NCBI GenBank assembly: GCA_965203905.1
Contig: CBDBDQ010000005.1
Coordinates: 6,656,001 to 6,720,000 of the forward strand
DNA from: Spirochaetia bacterium
Lineage (GTDB): Bacteria > Spirochaetota > Spirochaetia > SZUA-6 > Bin103
DNA length: 64,000 nucleotides
Direction: 5' to 3'
Shown here: positions 40,005 through 49,519 of the stretch, one piece after another
How the letters are laid out: every line of letters begins with the position of its first letter
Position numbering within the stretch: position 1 is the first letter of the stretch
Program-made: the position numbers and the translations under genes
The notes under the pieces: generated by a model
The model's database searches: none
What the model was told of the DNA's origin: nothing
Seen by the model: the letters and a program-made list of their open reading frames with translations, nothing else

Positions 40005-40928
40005 TTACTTGCGGCCGGCGGGCGGGGCCTCTGCTGCCTGCTTCACGTTGGCTGCGCCGATGCGGCCGGCGCCGCCGGTCAGCCTGGGGTCGAGCAGGTC
40101 GCGCAGCGCGTCGCCGAACATGTTGATGCCGTACACCACGATGGCGAGGGACAGGCCGGGCCAGATCGCCAGCAACGGCGCCCGCTCCATGTACCGGCGG
40201 CCCTCGAGGCTCAGCATCCCGCCCCAGCTCGGCTGTGGTGGCGGAATGCCGAAGCCGAGGAAGCTGATGGTCGACTCGCTCAGAATCACCGCACCCAGGG
40301 AGATGGTGAAGACCACGATGATGGGCGGCCACACCTGCGGCAGGACGTGGTTGAGGAGGATCCTCCAGGTGGGGCAGCCGACGGCCCGCGCCGCCTCCAC
40401 GTACGGGTTCTGCTTGGTGCTCAACACCACGCCCCGTACGGTCCGGACGTTGCCGATGCCCGTGAACGCGCCGAGGACGACGATCATGGGCACCATGCCC
40501 TGTCCCAGGAGCGACATCACGGTCAGCACGATGAACAGCCACGGGAAGGTGAGCCAGGCATCGACGAATCGTTGGACGACCAGGTCGAACGTACCACCCC
40601 AGTAACCGGACAACAGACCGAAGAACAGGGCGATGACCAGGCCGATGGCGACGGCTCCCACTCCCACGATCATGGAGACGCGCGCCCCGTGAATGACGCG
40701 AGTCAGCAGGTCGCGGCCAAACTGGTCGGTGCCCAGCGGAAACTCGGCCGATGGTCCTTCGAGCGCGCGCCTGAGATTTTGGTCTCTGAGGTCGTGGGTG
40801 GCGAGCAGGTCGGCAAACACGCCCACCAGGAAGAACACCAGTACGATGATCAAACCGACGGCGCCGAGCTTCTTTTCCCGGAACAGCCGCGGCAGCAGGT
40901 CGCGAAGCGACCCCTTTCTGGCGCTCAC
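40005..40928 (-). CDS. DppC-like permease (operon 5)
   Basis: LGTDQFGRD, YVEAARAVG, GDALRDLLDPR. Confidence 0.93.
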   Translation of the reverse strand: MSARKGSLRDLLPRLFREKKLGAVGLIIVLVFFLVGVFADLLATHDLRDQNLRRALEGPSAEFPLGTDQFGRDLLTRVIHGARVSMIVGVGAVAIGLVIALFFGLLSGYWGGTFDLVVQRFVDAWLTFPWLFIVLTVMSLLGQGMVPMIVVLGAFTGIGNVRTVRGVVLSTKQNPYVEAARAVGCPTWRILLNHVLPQVWPPIIVVFTISLGAVILSESTISFLGFGIPPPQPSWGGMLSLEGRRYMERAPLLAIWPGLSLAIVVYGINMFGDALRDLLDPRLTGGAGRIGAANVKQAAEAPPAGRK

Positions 40929-41872
40929 TTGTACTGGATCCGCGGGTCGAGCCAGGCGTAGCTGATGTCGACGATGACGTTCACGAGCAACACGAATCCC
41001 GCCATCATCATATTCAGCCCCGCCAGCAGGGGATAGTCGCGCTGCTCCAGCGTTCTTACCACCAGCGAGCCGATACCGGGTATGTTGAATATGTGTTCCA
41101 CCACGACCGCGCCGCCGATCAGGACCGGAAGCTGCAGTCCGATCGTGGTAAGCACCGGGTTCAGCGCATTCTTCAGCGCGTGCCGTAACACGACCGCCCG
41201 CTCCCTGAGCCCCTTCGCCCACGCGGTGCGGATATAGTCCTGCCGCAGCACCTCCAGCATCATCGTGCGGGTCAAGCGCATGGTCACGCCGGACAGCCAC
41301 ATTCCCAGAACGATGGCGGGGATGATGAACATGGCCAGGTTGCCGAGCGGATCCTCCCAGAAGGAGACCCAGTACATGGGCGGCGACCACCGCCACCAGA
41401 CCGCCGGCAGGACCAGGATCATCGTCCCCAGCCAGAAGCTGGGGATGCAGATGAAAGCAATGGCGACGCTGCGCAGTATCTGGTCACCGGCAGACTCCGG
41501 CTTCAGACCGGAGTAGATGCCCACGGGAAGCGCTATCACCAGCGCGAACACCAGGGACAGGGCACCCAGCTCCAGCGACCTCGGCAGCCGCTCCAGGATG
41601 ACCTCTTCGACCGCGAGGTTGGTGAGCAGCGTCTCACCGAAGTCGCCCTGAAAGACGCCGGAAATCCAGCGTCCGTATTGGACGTGAGCGGGCAGATTCA
41701 GGCCAAGCTGCTCCCGCAGAGCCTCCATGGCTCCCGCGGACATGTATCTGAGTGAGACCATGTAATCGAGCACGTCCCCGGGGATGAGGCGCATCGAGAG
41801 GAACACGATAAGACTGACGATCAGCATCGTCGGCACGATCAGCAGCAGTCTTCTGACGATGTAGGCTTGCAT
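40925..41872 (-). CDS. DppB-like permease (operon 5)
   Basis: YIVRRLL, QDYIRTAWAKGL, DPRIQY. Confidence 0.95.
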   Translation of the reverse strand: MQAYIVRRLLLIVPTMLIVSLIVFLSMRLIPGDVLDYMVSLRYMSAGAMEALREQLGLNLPAHVQYGRWISGVFQGDFGETLLTNLAVEEVILERLPRSLELGALSLVFALVIALPVGIYSGLKPESAGDQILRSVAIAFICIPSFWLGTMILVLPAVWWRWSPPMYWVSFWEDPLGNLAMFIIPAIVLGMWLSGVTMRLTRTMMLEVLRQDYIRTAWAKGLRERAVVLRHALKNALNPVLTTIGLQLPVLIGGAVVVEHIFNIPGIGSLVVRTLEQRDYPLLAGLNMMMAGFVLLVNVIVDISYAWLDPRIQYK

Positions 41873-41941
41873 ACGCGAAAGCGGGGGCCAGACCAGCCGG
41901 CCCAGCCCCCGCGAACGGTCAGATCAGATCAGAGAGGGACG

Positions 41942-43759
41942 CTATTCGTCCGCGTCGCGCCCGCTGAGCTCCTTCTTCAGGGCCGCGTCGATCCAGAAGT
42001 ACTTGGTGAAGTGGTACTGGTAGGTCTGCAACCCGCTCATGCCCTCCATTCCCTTCACCCACGGCTGCCATGCCATGTACTCGTGGACGGCGCCGAAGTC
42101 CAGGAACCACAACTGCTCCTGCCAGTAGAAGACCAGGTCCAGAAGCGCCGCGGTCCACTCGGGAGTGTTGGCCTCCAGCAAGTTGACCGCTTCGAACAAT
42201 CGCTCCACCTCCAGGGCCTCGGGAGAACCCTGGATTCGACCCATGCTGTAGAACGGCCGATACGGTGCGTTCCAGAAGTGTGTGGCCAAGACCGAGAAGC
42301 TCGTGCCGCCGGCATTATGAAACGCCAGGCCGGTAAAGTGCTCGTCGTTCGGCCCGTCCGCACCGCCGATCATGCCCCAGTGGCCGCCATTCGGGATCGG
42401 GTCCATGTTGACCCGGATGCCGACATCCTCGAAGTACGCAAAATACGCCGGGTAGTTCTCATCGAGCCCGGAGTCCGTAATGAAGGTCGTCTCGAAACGG
42501 ATGCCGTCCTCGCCACGCGGGTAGCCGGCCTCGTCGAGCAGCCGCTCGGCCTCGTCGGGATGGTATTCGTACAACCGGGCGAGGTCAGGACGCACCGTGG
42601 CCAGCTCCGCCTTGGTATGGTACTGGGGCTTCCCAGCCGACCGCTTCACCGGGAACCCCGGGTAGTGGTAGTGCTCGGGCGTGAAGAATTCCCGGAGCGC
42701 CTCGTGGTCGACGGCCAGCATTGCTGCCTGACGCACGCGGATGTCGTTCCACGGCGCCAGGTCGGCGCGCAACGCAGCATACTGTCCGTGGGCCCACGTC
42801 TCGTTGGTTCGTATCTCCGGGTTGCTCCGCCTCAGATCGTCTATCTGCGTGGGGGTAAGGCCGTTTTGCACCTGGCGGTCGAGCTTGCCGCTACGCAGCG
42901 CCGCGATCCGCGCCGCGCCATCGGCGAAGGAGATGATCTGCATGGTGTCCAGATACGGCAGCTGGTTACCCGGATTCAGAGGATCCTCCATCCAGTAGTT
43001 GGGGTTCCTGGTGTAGGTAATGTGGCTGCCCTCGACGACGTCGATGGGCCAGAACGGCCCCGATCCCATGTGGCTGCGCCAGTCTTCCCGGTTGATGGAG
43101 TCATCCCGCCACCACTCGGCCGGCAGAACGCCGTTCAGGGCACTGGTGAGATAGACCCACAGACCCAGGCTGTCGGGCGCCGCAAGTTCGACGTTGATCG
43201 CCCAGGGGTCGTTCGGATCGGCCGTCATCTTGAGGAGCTCGTCGCCCTTGTACATCAGGCCGGATCTTGGCTCCGCGGTGACGTGCTCCCACGTGACGAG
43301 CACGTCTTCCACGGTCATCTCTCTGCCGTTGGCCGGCGGCCGGTCGTGGTAGTGGATGCCTCTGCGAATCTTCCACCGCAACTGGGTCGGGCTGATGACT
43401 TCGTTGGACTCGATGACCTGGAACGTGATCACATTTGGATTCTGCCAGTTGAAGTCGTTCAACCCCCACTCGCCGGTGCCCCGAGGCCCCTGGGTGATGT
43501 CGTACTCGAACAACTGATCGTAGATGGCCGGCACCACCTGGATGCCGTGAATCAGCACCGTCGGGTCCCAGACGCTGGACCAAGTGTTGTCGGCGGTGGT
43601 GAGATTGCCGCCGTACACCGGCTTGGTGTCGATGTCCGAGGGCGACATGGCGGCCCCGGAGGACCCTTCCTCTTCTTCTCCGGTGGCCCAGGCGCCGGTT
43701 GCCGCCAGCAACACGGCCGTCACCACGACGAATACTGTCTTCCATTTGCAGATAGTCAC
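41942..43759 (-). CDS. DppA-like solute-binding protein (operon 5)
   Basis: GGAGG SD, AWATGEEEE, PVYGG, GSGPF, RNPNYW, DIRVRQA. Confidence 0.92.
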   Translation of the reverse strand: MTICKWKTVFVVVTAVLLAATGAWATGEEEEGSSGAAMSPSDIDTKPVYGGNLTTADNTWSSVWDPTVLIHGIQVVPAIYDQLFEYDITQGPRGTGEWGLNDFNWQNPNVITFQVIESNEVISPTQLRWKIRRGIHYHDRPPANGREMTVEDVLVTWEHVTAEPRSGLMYKGDELLKMTADPNDPWAINVELAAPDSLGLWVYLTSALNGVLPAEWWRDDSINREDWRSHMGSGPFWPIDVVEGSHITYTRNPNYWMEDPLNPGNQLPYLDTMQIISFADGAARIAALRSGKLDRQVQNGLTPTQIDDLRRSNPEIRTNETWAHGQYAALRADLAPWNDIRVRQAAMLAVDHEALREFFTPEHYHYPGFPVKRSAGKPQYHTKAELATVRPDLARLYEYHPDEAERLLDEAGYPRGEDGIRFETTFITDSGLDENYPAYFAYFEDVGIRVNMDPIPNGGHWGMIGGADGPNDEHFTGLAFHNAGGTSFSVLATHFWNAPYRPFYSMGRIQGSPEALEVERLFEAVNLLEANTPEWTAALLDLVFYWQEQLWFLDFGAVHEYMAWQPWVKGMEGMSGLQTYQYHFTKYFWIDAALKKELSGRDADE

Positions 43760-43921
43760 GCTATCCACCTCCTGTTCACTCGGGTTTCCGACCCGAAATG
43801 TTAGCTTGAATTGTCTCACGGCCTACAACTCGGGTCAACCAGCCGCACCGAAATGGACCGAAATGACGGTGCTGCGGCGGCTCAGCCAAGTAGCGTGAGA
43901 ACGTCTGCCGCGGCCGCGCGC

Positions 43922-44863
43922 TTACTTGCGGTCGGCGGGCGGGGCCTTGGCGCCGAAGCGGCCGATGCCGCCGCGCAGGCGGGGGTCGAGCAGGTCGCGC
44001 AGCGCGTCGCCGAACATGTTGATGCCGAACACCACGATCGCCAGGCACAAGCCGGGCCAGAACGCCAACAGCGGCGCCTCCAGCATGTAGGAGCGGCCCT
44101 CTATGCTCAGCATGCTGCCCCAGCTCGGCTGCGGTGGCGGTATGCCGAAGCCGAGGAAGCTCACCGACGCCTCGGCGAGGATGTTGCCGCCCACCGAAAC
44201 GGTGAACAGGACGATCATCGGCGCCACGAGCTGCGGCGCGATGTGGCGCGCGAGGATGCGCAGGGTGCCGCCGCCGGTGGCCCGGGCCGCCTCCACGTAG
44301 GGCAGCTCCTTCACGCTCAGCACGACGCTGCGCACGGTCCTGATGTTGACGATGCCCCAGGGTACGCCGAGGACGATGATCACCTGCGGGATGCCCGGTC
44401 CGAGCAGCGACATGACCGTGATGATCAGGAACAGCCACGGGAACGCCTGCACCGCATCCACCACCCGCTGCCCGATCAGATCCGCCACACCGCCGAAGTA
44501 TCCCAGCAGGAGTCCGAACACGGTCGCGACCGCCACCGCAACCAGGCTGGCGGCGATGCCGACCAGCATCGAGATGCGGGCACCCTGCATCACCCGGCTG
44601 TACACGTCGCGCCCGAACTGATCGGTACCCAGGGGATAGTCGGAGGATGGCCCCTCCAGACGCCGCGGCACGTTCTGCTCGAACATGTCGTGGGTGGCAA
44701 GCACGTCGGCGAAGATGCCGACCAGCAGGAACAGCACCACGATGATCAGCCCGACGGCGCCCAGCTTCTTCTCCCGGAACAACCGGGAGAGGGTCTGACG
44801 CAGGAGTGACGTACGCGCGTGCTGCGCTGCGGCCGGCGCCTTGGGTGCCACGGAGTCAGCCAT
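43922..44863 (-). CDS. DppC-like permease (operon 6)
   Basis: LGTDQFGRD, YVEAARATG, GDALRDLLDPR. Confidence 0.94.
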   Translation of the reverse strand: MADSVAPKAPAAAQHARTSLLRQTLSRLFREKKLGAVGLIIVVLFLLVGIFADVLATHDMFEQNVPRRLEGPSSDYPLGTDQFGRDVYSRVMQGARISMLVGIAASLVAVAVATVFGLLLGYFGGVADLIGQRVVDAVQAFPWLFLIITVMSLLGPGIPQVIIVLGVPWGIVNIRTVRSVVLSVKELPYVEAARATGGGTLRILARHIAPQLVAPMIVLFTVSVGGNILAEASVSFLGFGIPPPQPSWGSMLSIEGRSYMLEAPLLAFWPGLCLAIVVFGINMFGDALRDLLDPRLRGGIGRFGAKAPPADRK

Positions 44864-45864
44864 CAGTCGTAGCGGATCCGTGGGTCGAGCCAGGCGTAAC
44901 TGATGTCGATCACGACGTTGACGACGAGCACGACCCCCGCCATGAGCAGGTTTATGGCGGTGACGATGGGGTAGTCACGTTTCTCGAGCGCTTCGATTAT
45001 CAGCGATCCGAGGCCCGGTATGTTGAAGATCTTCTCCACGATCACGGCGCCGCCAATCAGGACCGGCAACTGCAGTCCGATCATCGTGATCACCGGAATC
45101 GTGGCATTCTTGAGGACGTGGCGCATCACCAGCACCCGCTCCCGGAGCCCCTTCGCCCAGGCGGTGCGGACGTAGTCCTGGCGCAGCACCTCCAGCATCA
45201 TGGTGCGCGTAAATCGCATTATGATTCCCGACAGCAGCATCCCCTGGATGAGTGACGGCACGAACATCTGCGCCAGGTTGCCGAGCGGATCGTCGCCGAA
45301 TCGGACGAAGAACAAGGGCGGCGCCCAACGCCACCACAGCGCCGGGTAGACCACCACCATGGTGCCCAGCCAGAAGGCGGGAACGGTGACCAGCAGAATG
45401 GCAAAGCTGCGCAAAACCTGGTCGATGCCCGAGTCAGGCCGGATCCCGGAAATGATGCCCACCGGCAGCGCAATCAACAGCGAGAAGATGATTGCCATCA
45501 GACCGAGCTGGAGAGATATCGGCAGGCGGAACAGGATGTCCGTTCCGACCGGCTGCCTGGTCCACAGCGAATCTCCGAGCCGGCCCTGGAACAGTTCTCC
45601 GAGCCAGCGCACGTACTGAACGTGCGCCGGGACATCCAGTCCAAGCTGTGCGCGTAGCGTCTGCGCCAGTTGCTCCACAACCTCCTCGCTGCTCCCCACC
45701 AGATCCGTGGTCGTGGTTCCAAGGGACACGTACTGCTGCATGATCGCCACCATCAGGTCGATGACGTCCCCGGGAATCCAGCGAATCAGGAAGAACGCCA
45801 GCAGCGAGACGATGAATAGCGTGGGGATGATCAGAACGACCCGTCTGATGATGTAGGCAGTCAT
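44863..45864 (-). CDS. DppB-like permease (operon 6)
   Basis: YIIRRV, QDYVRTAWAKGL, DPRIRYD. Confidence 0.95.
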   Translation of the reverse strand: MTAYIIRRVVLIIPTLFIVSLLAFFLIRWIPGDVIDLMVAIMQQYVSLGTTTTDLVGSSEEVVEQLAQTLRAQLGLDVPAHVQYVRWLGELFQGRLGDSLWTRQPVGTDILFRLPISLQLGLMAIIFSLLIALPVGIISGIRPDSGIDQVLRSFAILLVTVPAFWLGTMVVVYPALWWRWAPPLFFVRFGDDPLGNLAQMFVPSLIQGMLLSGIIMRFTRTMMLEVLRQDYVRTAWAKGLRERVLVMRHVLKNATIPVITMIGLQLPVLIGGAVIVEKIFNIPGLGSLIIEALEKRDYPIVTAINLLMAGVVLVVNVVIDISYAWLDPRIRYD

Positions 45865-45962
45865 CGAGCTATGGTTGCTGCTTCAAAGAAAGGGGCTGGC
45901 GACGGTCCCCGAAGGAAACTTCGCCAACCCCGTGACAGCTTATCGCGGTGCCAATTAGGCCG

Positions 45963-47786
45963 CTACGGCTGCATGTTCGTGTCGATCCAGATGTTCTTGG
46001 CCACCGAGTGCCAGCCCTGGATGCCGACGTTGCTCATCTCTCCGCTGTAGCCCTTCACCCATGGGTTCCAGAACGTCAGCTTATCGAACGCGACGCCGTG
46101 CGGATACGCGCTATCCTCCAGCGCCTTCGGAAAGAACTCCCGATACGCCGCGATCCGCTTCTGTTCGTCGAACTCGGTAGTCACAACCGCGGCGATCGCA
46201 TCGTACATCGGTTCGGTCGTCCGCGCGCTGTTGACCGTGGCGTTGGTGGTCAGCTGATTGAAAAGCAGCTCGTAATGGTGCTGCCACATGCCCGGCGTCC
46301 AACTCGTCAGCCCGAGGTGGTCCTCCCGGTCTTTGACCGACTGCCAGACCGCGCCCTCGACCACCTTGAGGTTGGCGCGGATGCCCACCTCGTTCCAGTA
46401 ACCCTGGTAGAGCTCGTTGAACTCGGCCTCACCCGGGGGACTCCACAGGTCGAACTCGAACCCATCGGGGTACCCGGCTGCGGCGAGACACTCGCGCGCC
46501 TTGTCGGGAAGGTACGTCACCACGTCGCGAGCGCTGGCGCACGAACCGGGTAGCGTGGGCTCGGTCGGCAGATCCTCGTACTCGACAAAGTAATCCGGGA
46601 ACGTCGGAAACGTCGGATACGAGTACTGAAGCGCGAATCCGCCGTAGAAGTCATTGACGACCTCGTCGCGCGGAATGGACATCATCAGCGCCTGCCGCAC
46701 CTTGATGTCACTGAACGGGCTGTCTGGCAGGTCCACGCGTGGCACCCAGACCGTGGGGGTCGGGGCGGCGGGCGCCTGGCCAATCTCGGGGTTCGTGTCC
46801 TTGAGCTGCAGCCCCCACTTGCCCGACGAGCCGAGGCCGTTGGTCAGGTCGATCTGACCAGCCCGCAACGCGGCGACGATCGACGCCTCGTCGTCGAAGT
46901 CGACGATGCGCAGGTTGTCAGCGTAGGGCAGCCGATTCTCGGGGTGAATCGGATCGTTCTCCCAGTAGTTGGGATTGCGCTTGTAGGTGACCGTGCTGCC
47001 AGGTACGTAGTCGGTGGGGATGTAGGCGCCGGTACCGAGTGCGTTTTGCCAGTCCCCCCATTCGCCTTCCGGGATGTTCGCCATCCCGCTGTTGAAGGTG
47101 AACAGGTACATCGATAGTTGGAAAGCCGCCAGGAGTGGGTCCGGCGTGGGCCACGACACCTCCAGGGTGTAGTCGTCGAGGGCGGTATAGGTGGAAACGC
47201 CGGGCAGGCCCTGCTGGTACCAGTTCGACGTGTTCTTGGAGAAGACCACGTCATGGGCAGTCAGCTCGCGCCCGTAGTCAGCCTGCAGCCCGGGATTCGC
47301 CTGCGCTACGTCCTCTTCCTCCCAGAAGTGGATGCCTCTGCGAATCTTGAACACCATCGACGTCTGGTTGGGGATTGTCCAGCTCTCCGCCAGCATGGGA
47401 ACAGCCAGGGCTGGTGGGTTCGCCGCTGTATACTGCCGCACGTCGTATTCACCGGTACCGGACGGACCATGCGCCCAGTCCAGCTGCGAGAGGCGCTGGT
47501 TGGTTATCTGGACATTCGCCAACTCGTGCGGTCCGCCGCCGCTCCGTGGATCCCAGAGCGAGAACGAGACCAGCAGGATCTCGCGGTTCATGGTGATCGT
47601 GCCACCATAGCGCGGTTTCTCGTACTGTCTGGTCATGGTCGTGCCGTCGAGCCTGGTGAGCTCCACGTCGACGAACTCTGCCTCGGCGGCGGCTTCCTCT
47701 GCGGCCGAGGCCCACAGGGCAGTCGACGTCAGCACGAGTCCGAGCCCGAGCATGACTGCCGCCGCCCTCCTGATGGAAAGAATCAA
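45963..47786 (-). CDS. DppA-like solute-binding protein (operon 6)
   Basis: AAGGAG SD plus TTG; LWASAAEE, PRYGG, LAESW, RNPNYW, DIKVRQAL. Confidence 0.92.
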   Translation of the reverse strand: MILSIRRAAAVMLGLGLVLTSTALWASAAEEAAAEAEFVDVELTRLDGTTMTRQYEKPRYGGTITMNREILLVSFSLWDPRSGGGPHELANVQITNQRLSQLDWAHGPSGTGEYDVRQYTAANPPALAVPMLAESWTIPNQTSMVFKIRRGIHFWEEEDVAQANPGLQADYGRELTAHDVVFSKNTSNWYQQGLPGVSTYTALDDYTLEVSWPTPDPLLAAFQLSMYLFTFNSGMANIPEGEWGDWQNALGTGAYIPTDYVPGSTVTYKRNPNYWENDPIHPENRLPYADNLRIVDFDDEASIVAALRAGQIDLTNGLGSSGKWGLQLKDTNPEIGQAPAAPTPTVWVPRVDLPDSPFSDIKVRQALMMSIPRDEVVNDFYGGFALQYSYPTFPTFPDYFVEYEDLPTEPTLPGSCASARDVVTYLPDKARECLAAAGYPDGFEFDLWSPPGEAEFNELYQGYWNEVGIRANLKVVEGAVWQSVKDREDHLGLTSWTPGMWQHHYELLFNQLTTNATVNSARTTEPMYDAIAAVVTTEFDEQKRIAAYREFFPKALEDSAYPHGVAFDKLTFWNPWVKGYSGEMSNVGIQGWHSVAKNIWIDTNMQP

Positions 47787-48055
47787 TTCTGACTCCTTTT
47801 CATTCCGCGCATGTTCGACAGTTTCCGTCCCACGCCTGCGCGTCAGCCTGCGCGACCGCCAAGTTCGGACAGTCGGCACCGGGGACGGCAACCTGATTGC
47901 ACCCTGTACTGTAGCTCTCGGCACAGTCCTTGGTCAATGTGGGGCGGGGCCGGCCTGGGCCGGCCGACGTCCTCGCGCGGCATCGGATAGCGCCCCGAAA
48001 CCGTCGCCTGGTGGCGTCGCTCTCGGCACAGCCCCGCCTATGGTACTGCCACGAG

Positions 48056-49228
48056 TCACTGCGCTCGCTCGTTGAGAATCTCACCGTCCCACAGGGCGGT
48101 AAGGAATTCCGTCACCGGGAGCAGTTCGATGCCATCGACGATTCGCGGCACCGACTCGCCGCACACCACGATGCGCCTCCGCAGCGGCACTTCCTCGGCC
48201 AGCCGGCGGAGTCCGGTCAGGGCGCGCGGTGCAACGGCGCCGCTGGCCTTCACCTCGATCGCCACGCTGTCACCGACCACGAAGTCGACCTCCGAGCCAT
48301 CGATCGTGCGCCAGAACGTGAGTGCACGGGCGTCACGGCTGTATCCGAGCCGGGCTCGCAGCTCGCAGAAGACGAGGTGCTCCAGGGCACGACCGAACGC
48401 GGCGCTGCCTGCCTCGATCCGCGTAATCCCGGCCAGGACGTTGGCTACCCCGACGTCGAACAGGTAGAACTTGGCGTGCGACACGGGCTTGCGGCTCGCA
48501 CGCTTCGGAGTGAACGGCTGCAGCAGCGACCCCAGCAACGTGTCTTCCAGCACCTGGAAATACTCGCGGACCGTGCGCGCCGGCACGGCCGCATCGGAGG
48601 CCAGCCGCTCGAATACCACCTGCTGACCGCAGGCGAGCGCTGCAGCGGTCAGGAAACGCGAGAACGGCTCCACACCGCGCACCAGACCTTCCGCCTGGAT
48701 CTCCAGCTGCAGATAGTTCCCGCAGTAGGCCCGCAGATCCTCGATCGGGTCGTCGGAGAAGTAGATCGAAGGGATACCCCCAACATTGATGGCCCGCATC
48801 AACTCCCAGTTTGGGACTTCCGCCGATACGAACGGGAACAGGCGGCGTGTCCGGGCGCGGCCGCCGAGCAGGTTGACTCCGCCTCGGCGCAGCTTGGCCG
48901 GGCTGCTGGCAGCCAGTATGAACTGCAGGCCCCGGGATTCGATGAGATCGTGCACGTCATCGAGCAGACTGGGCAGTTTCTGAATCTCGTCGATAATCAC
49001 CGGTGCCGAGGTACGAGAGACCGTGGCCAACTCCTGCCGCAGCCGTCCCGGCTCGCGGGACAGCCGGAGGAACACCTCGCCGCGGAGCAGATTGAACACC
49101 GGAGAGTGCGGAAAAAGCGTGCTCAGATAGGTTGTCTTTCCGGTCTGCCGAGGGCCGAACAGGAACACGGACCGGAAGCGAAGGTCGGGAGCGAGATCAA
49201 GACGGCGACGAACGGTCGGCTCGGTCAT
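48056..49228 (-). CDS. AAA_14 ATPase with DUF4143-type C-terminus
   Basis: GPRQTGKT, IIDEIQK, KFYLFDVG, EVDFV..IEVK. Confidence 0.9.
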   Translation of the reverse strand: MTEPTVRRRLDLAPDLRFRSVFLFGPRQTGKTTYLSTLFPHSPVFNLLRGEVFLRLSREPGRLRQELATVSRTSAPVIIDEIQKLPSLLDDVHDLIESRGLQFILAASSPAKLRRGGVNLLGGRARTRRLFPFVSAEVPNWELMRAINVGGIPSIYFSDDPIEDLRAYCGNYLQLEIQAEGLVRGVEPFSRFLTAAALACGQQVVFERLASDAAVPARTVREYFQVLEDTLLGSLLQPFTPKRASRKPVSHAKFYLFDVGVANVLAGITRIEAGSAAFGRALEHLVFCELRARLGYSRDARALTFWRTIDGSEVDFVVGDSVAIEVKASGAVAPRALTGLRRLAEEVPLRRRIVVCGESVPRIVDGIELLPVTEFLTALWDGEILNERAQ

Positions 49229-49337
49229 ATCTCCGAGTCTACTCTCTCGCTTGAACAATCGCAACTATTCTGCGGGAAATATTTATTTTTCCGCAACAGA
49301 GTTGCGGATAATACTCATCAACCCGCATTCGGAGTGC

Positions 49338-49479
49338 CTACCACATCACCTAGGCCGCCGGGGGTGTTGACGTCCTGGCCGGTGAAGCTGCCGGCCTCCT
49401 CGGAGGCGATGAACACCGCCATGGCGGCGGCTTCGTCGGGGGTGCCGTGGTCCTGCACGGAGCCCTCGGTCTGCAGCCA
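49338..49479 (-). pseudogene. Displaced copy of the SDR gene 3' end
   Basis: Matches 50896-51036 with 7 substitutions and 1 insertion by my count. Confidence 0.92.
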
Positions 49480-49519
49480 CCGGTGCGACGGTTGGCGGAG
49501 CCGCCTCGGCGACGATACG

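Noticed and set aside
36790-40005. Classical integron cassette array
   Set aside because: No IntI and no RYYYAAC..GTTRRRY attC sites; the spacers are coding-gene fragments and cargo orientation is mixed.
1380-40005. All mosaic fragments being assembly chimeras
   Set aside because: Most copies carry many substitutions and their own deletions relative to the resident genes. Only the exact 156-bp tandem and the homopolymer indels remain suspect.
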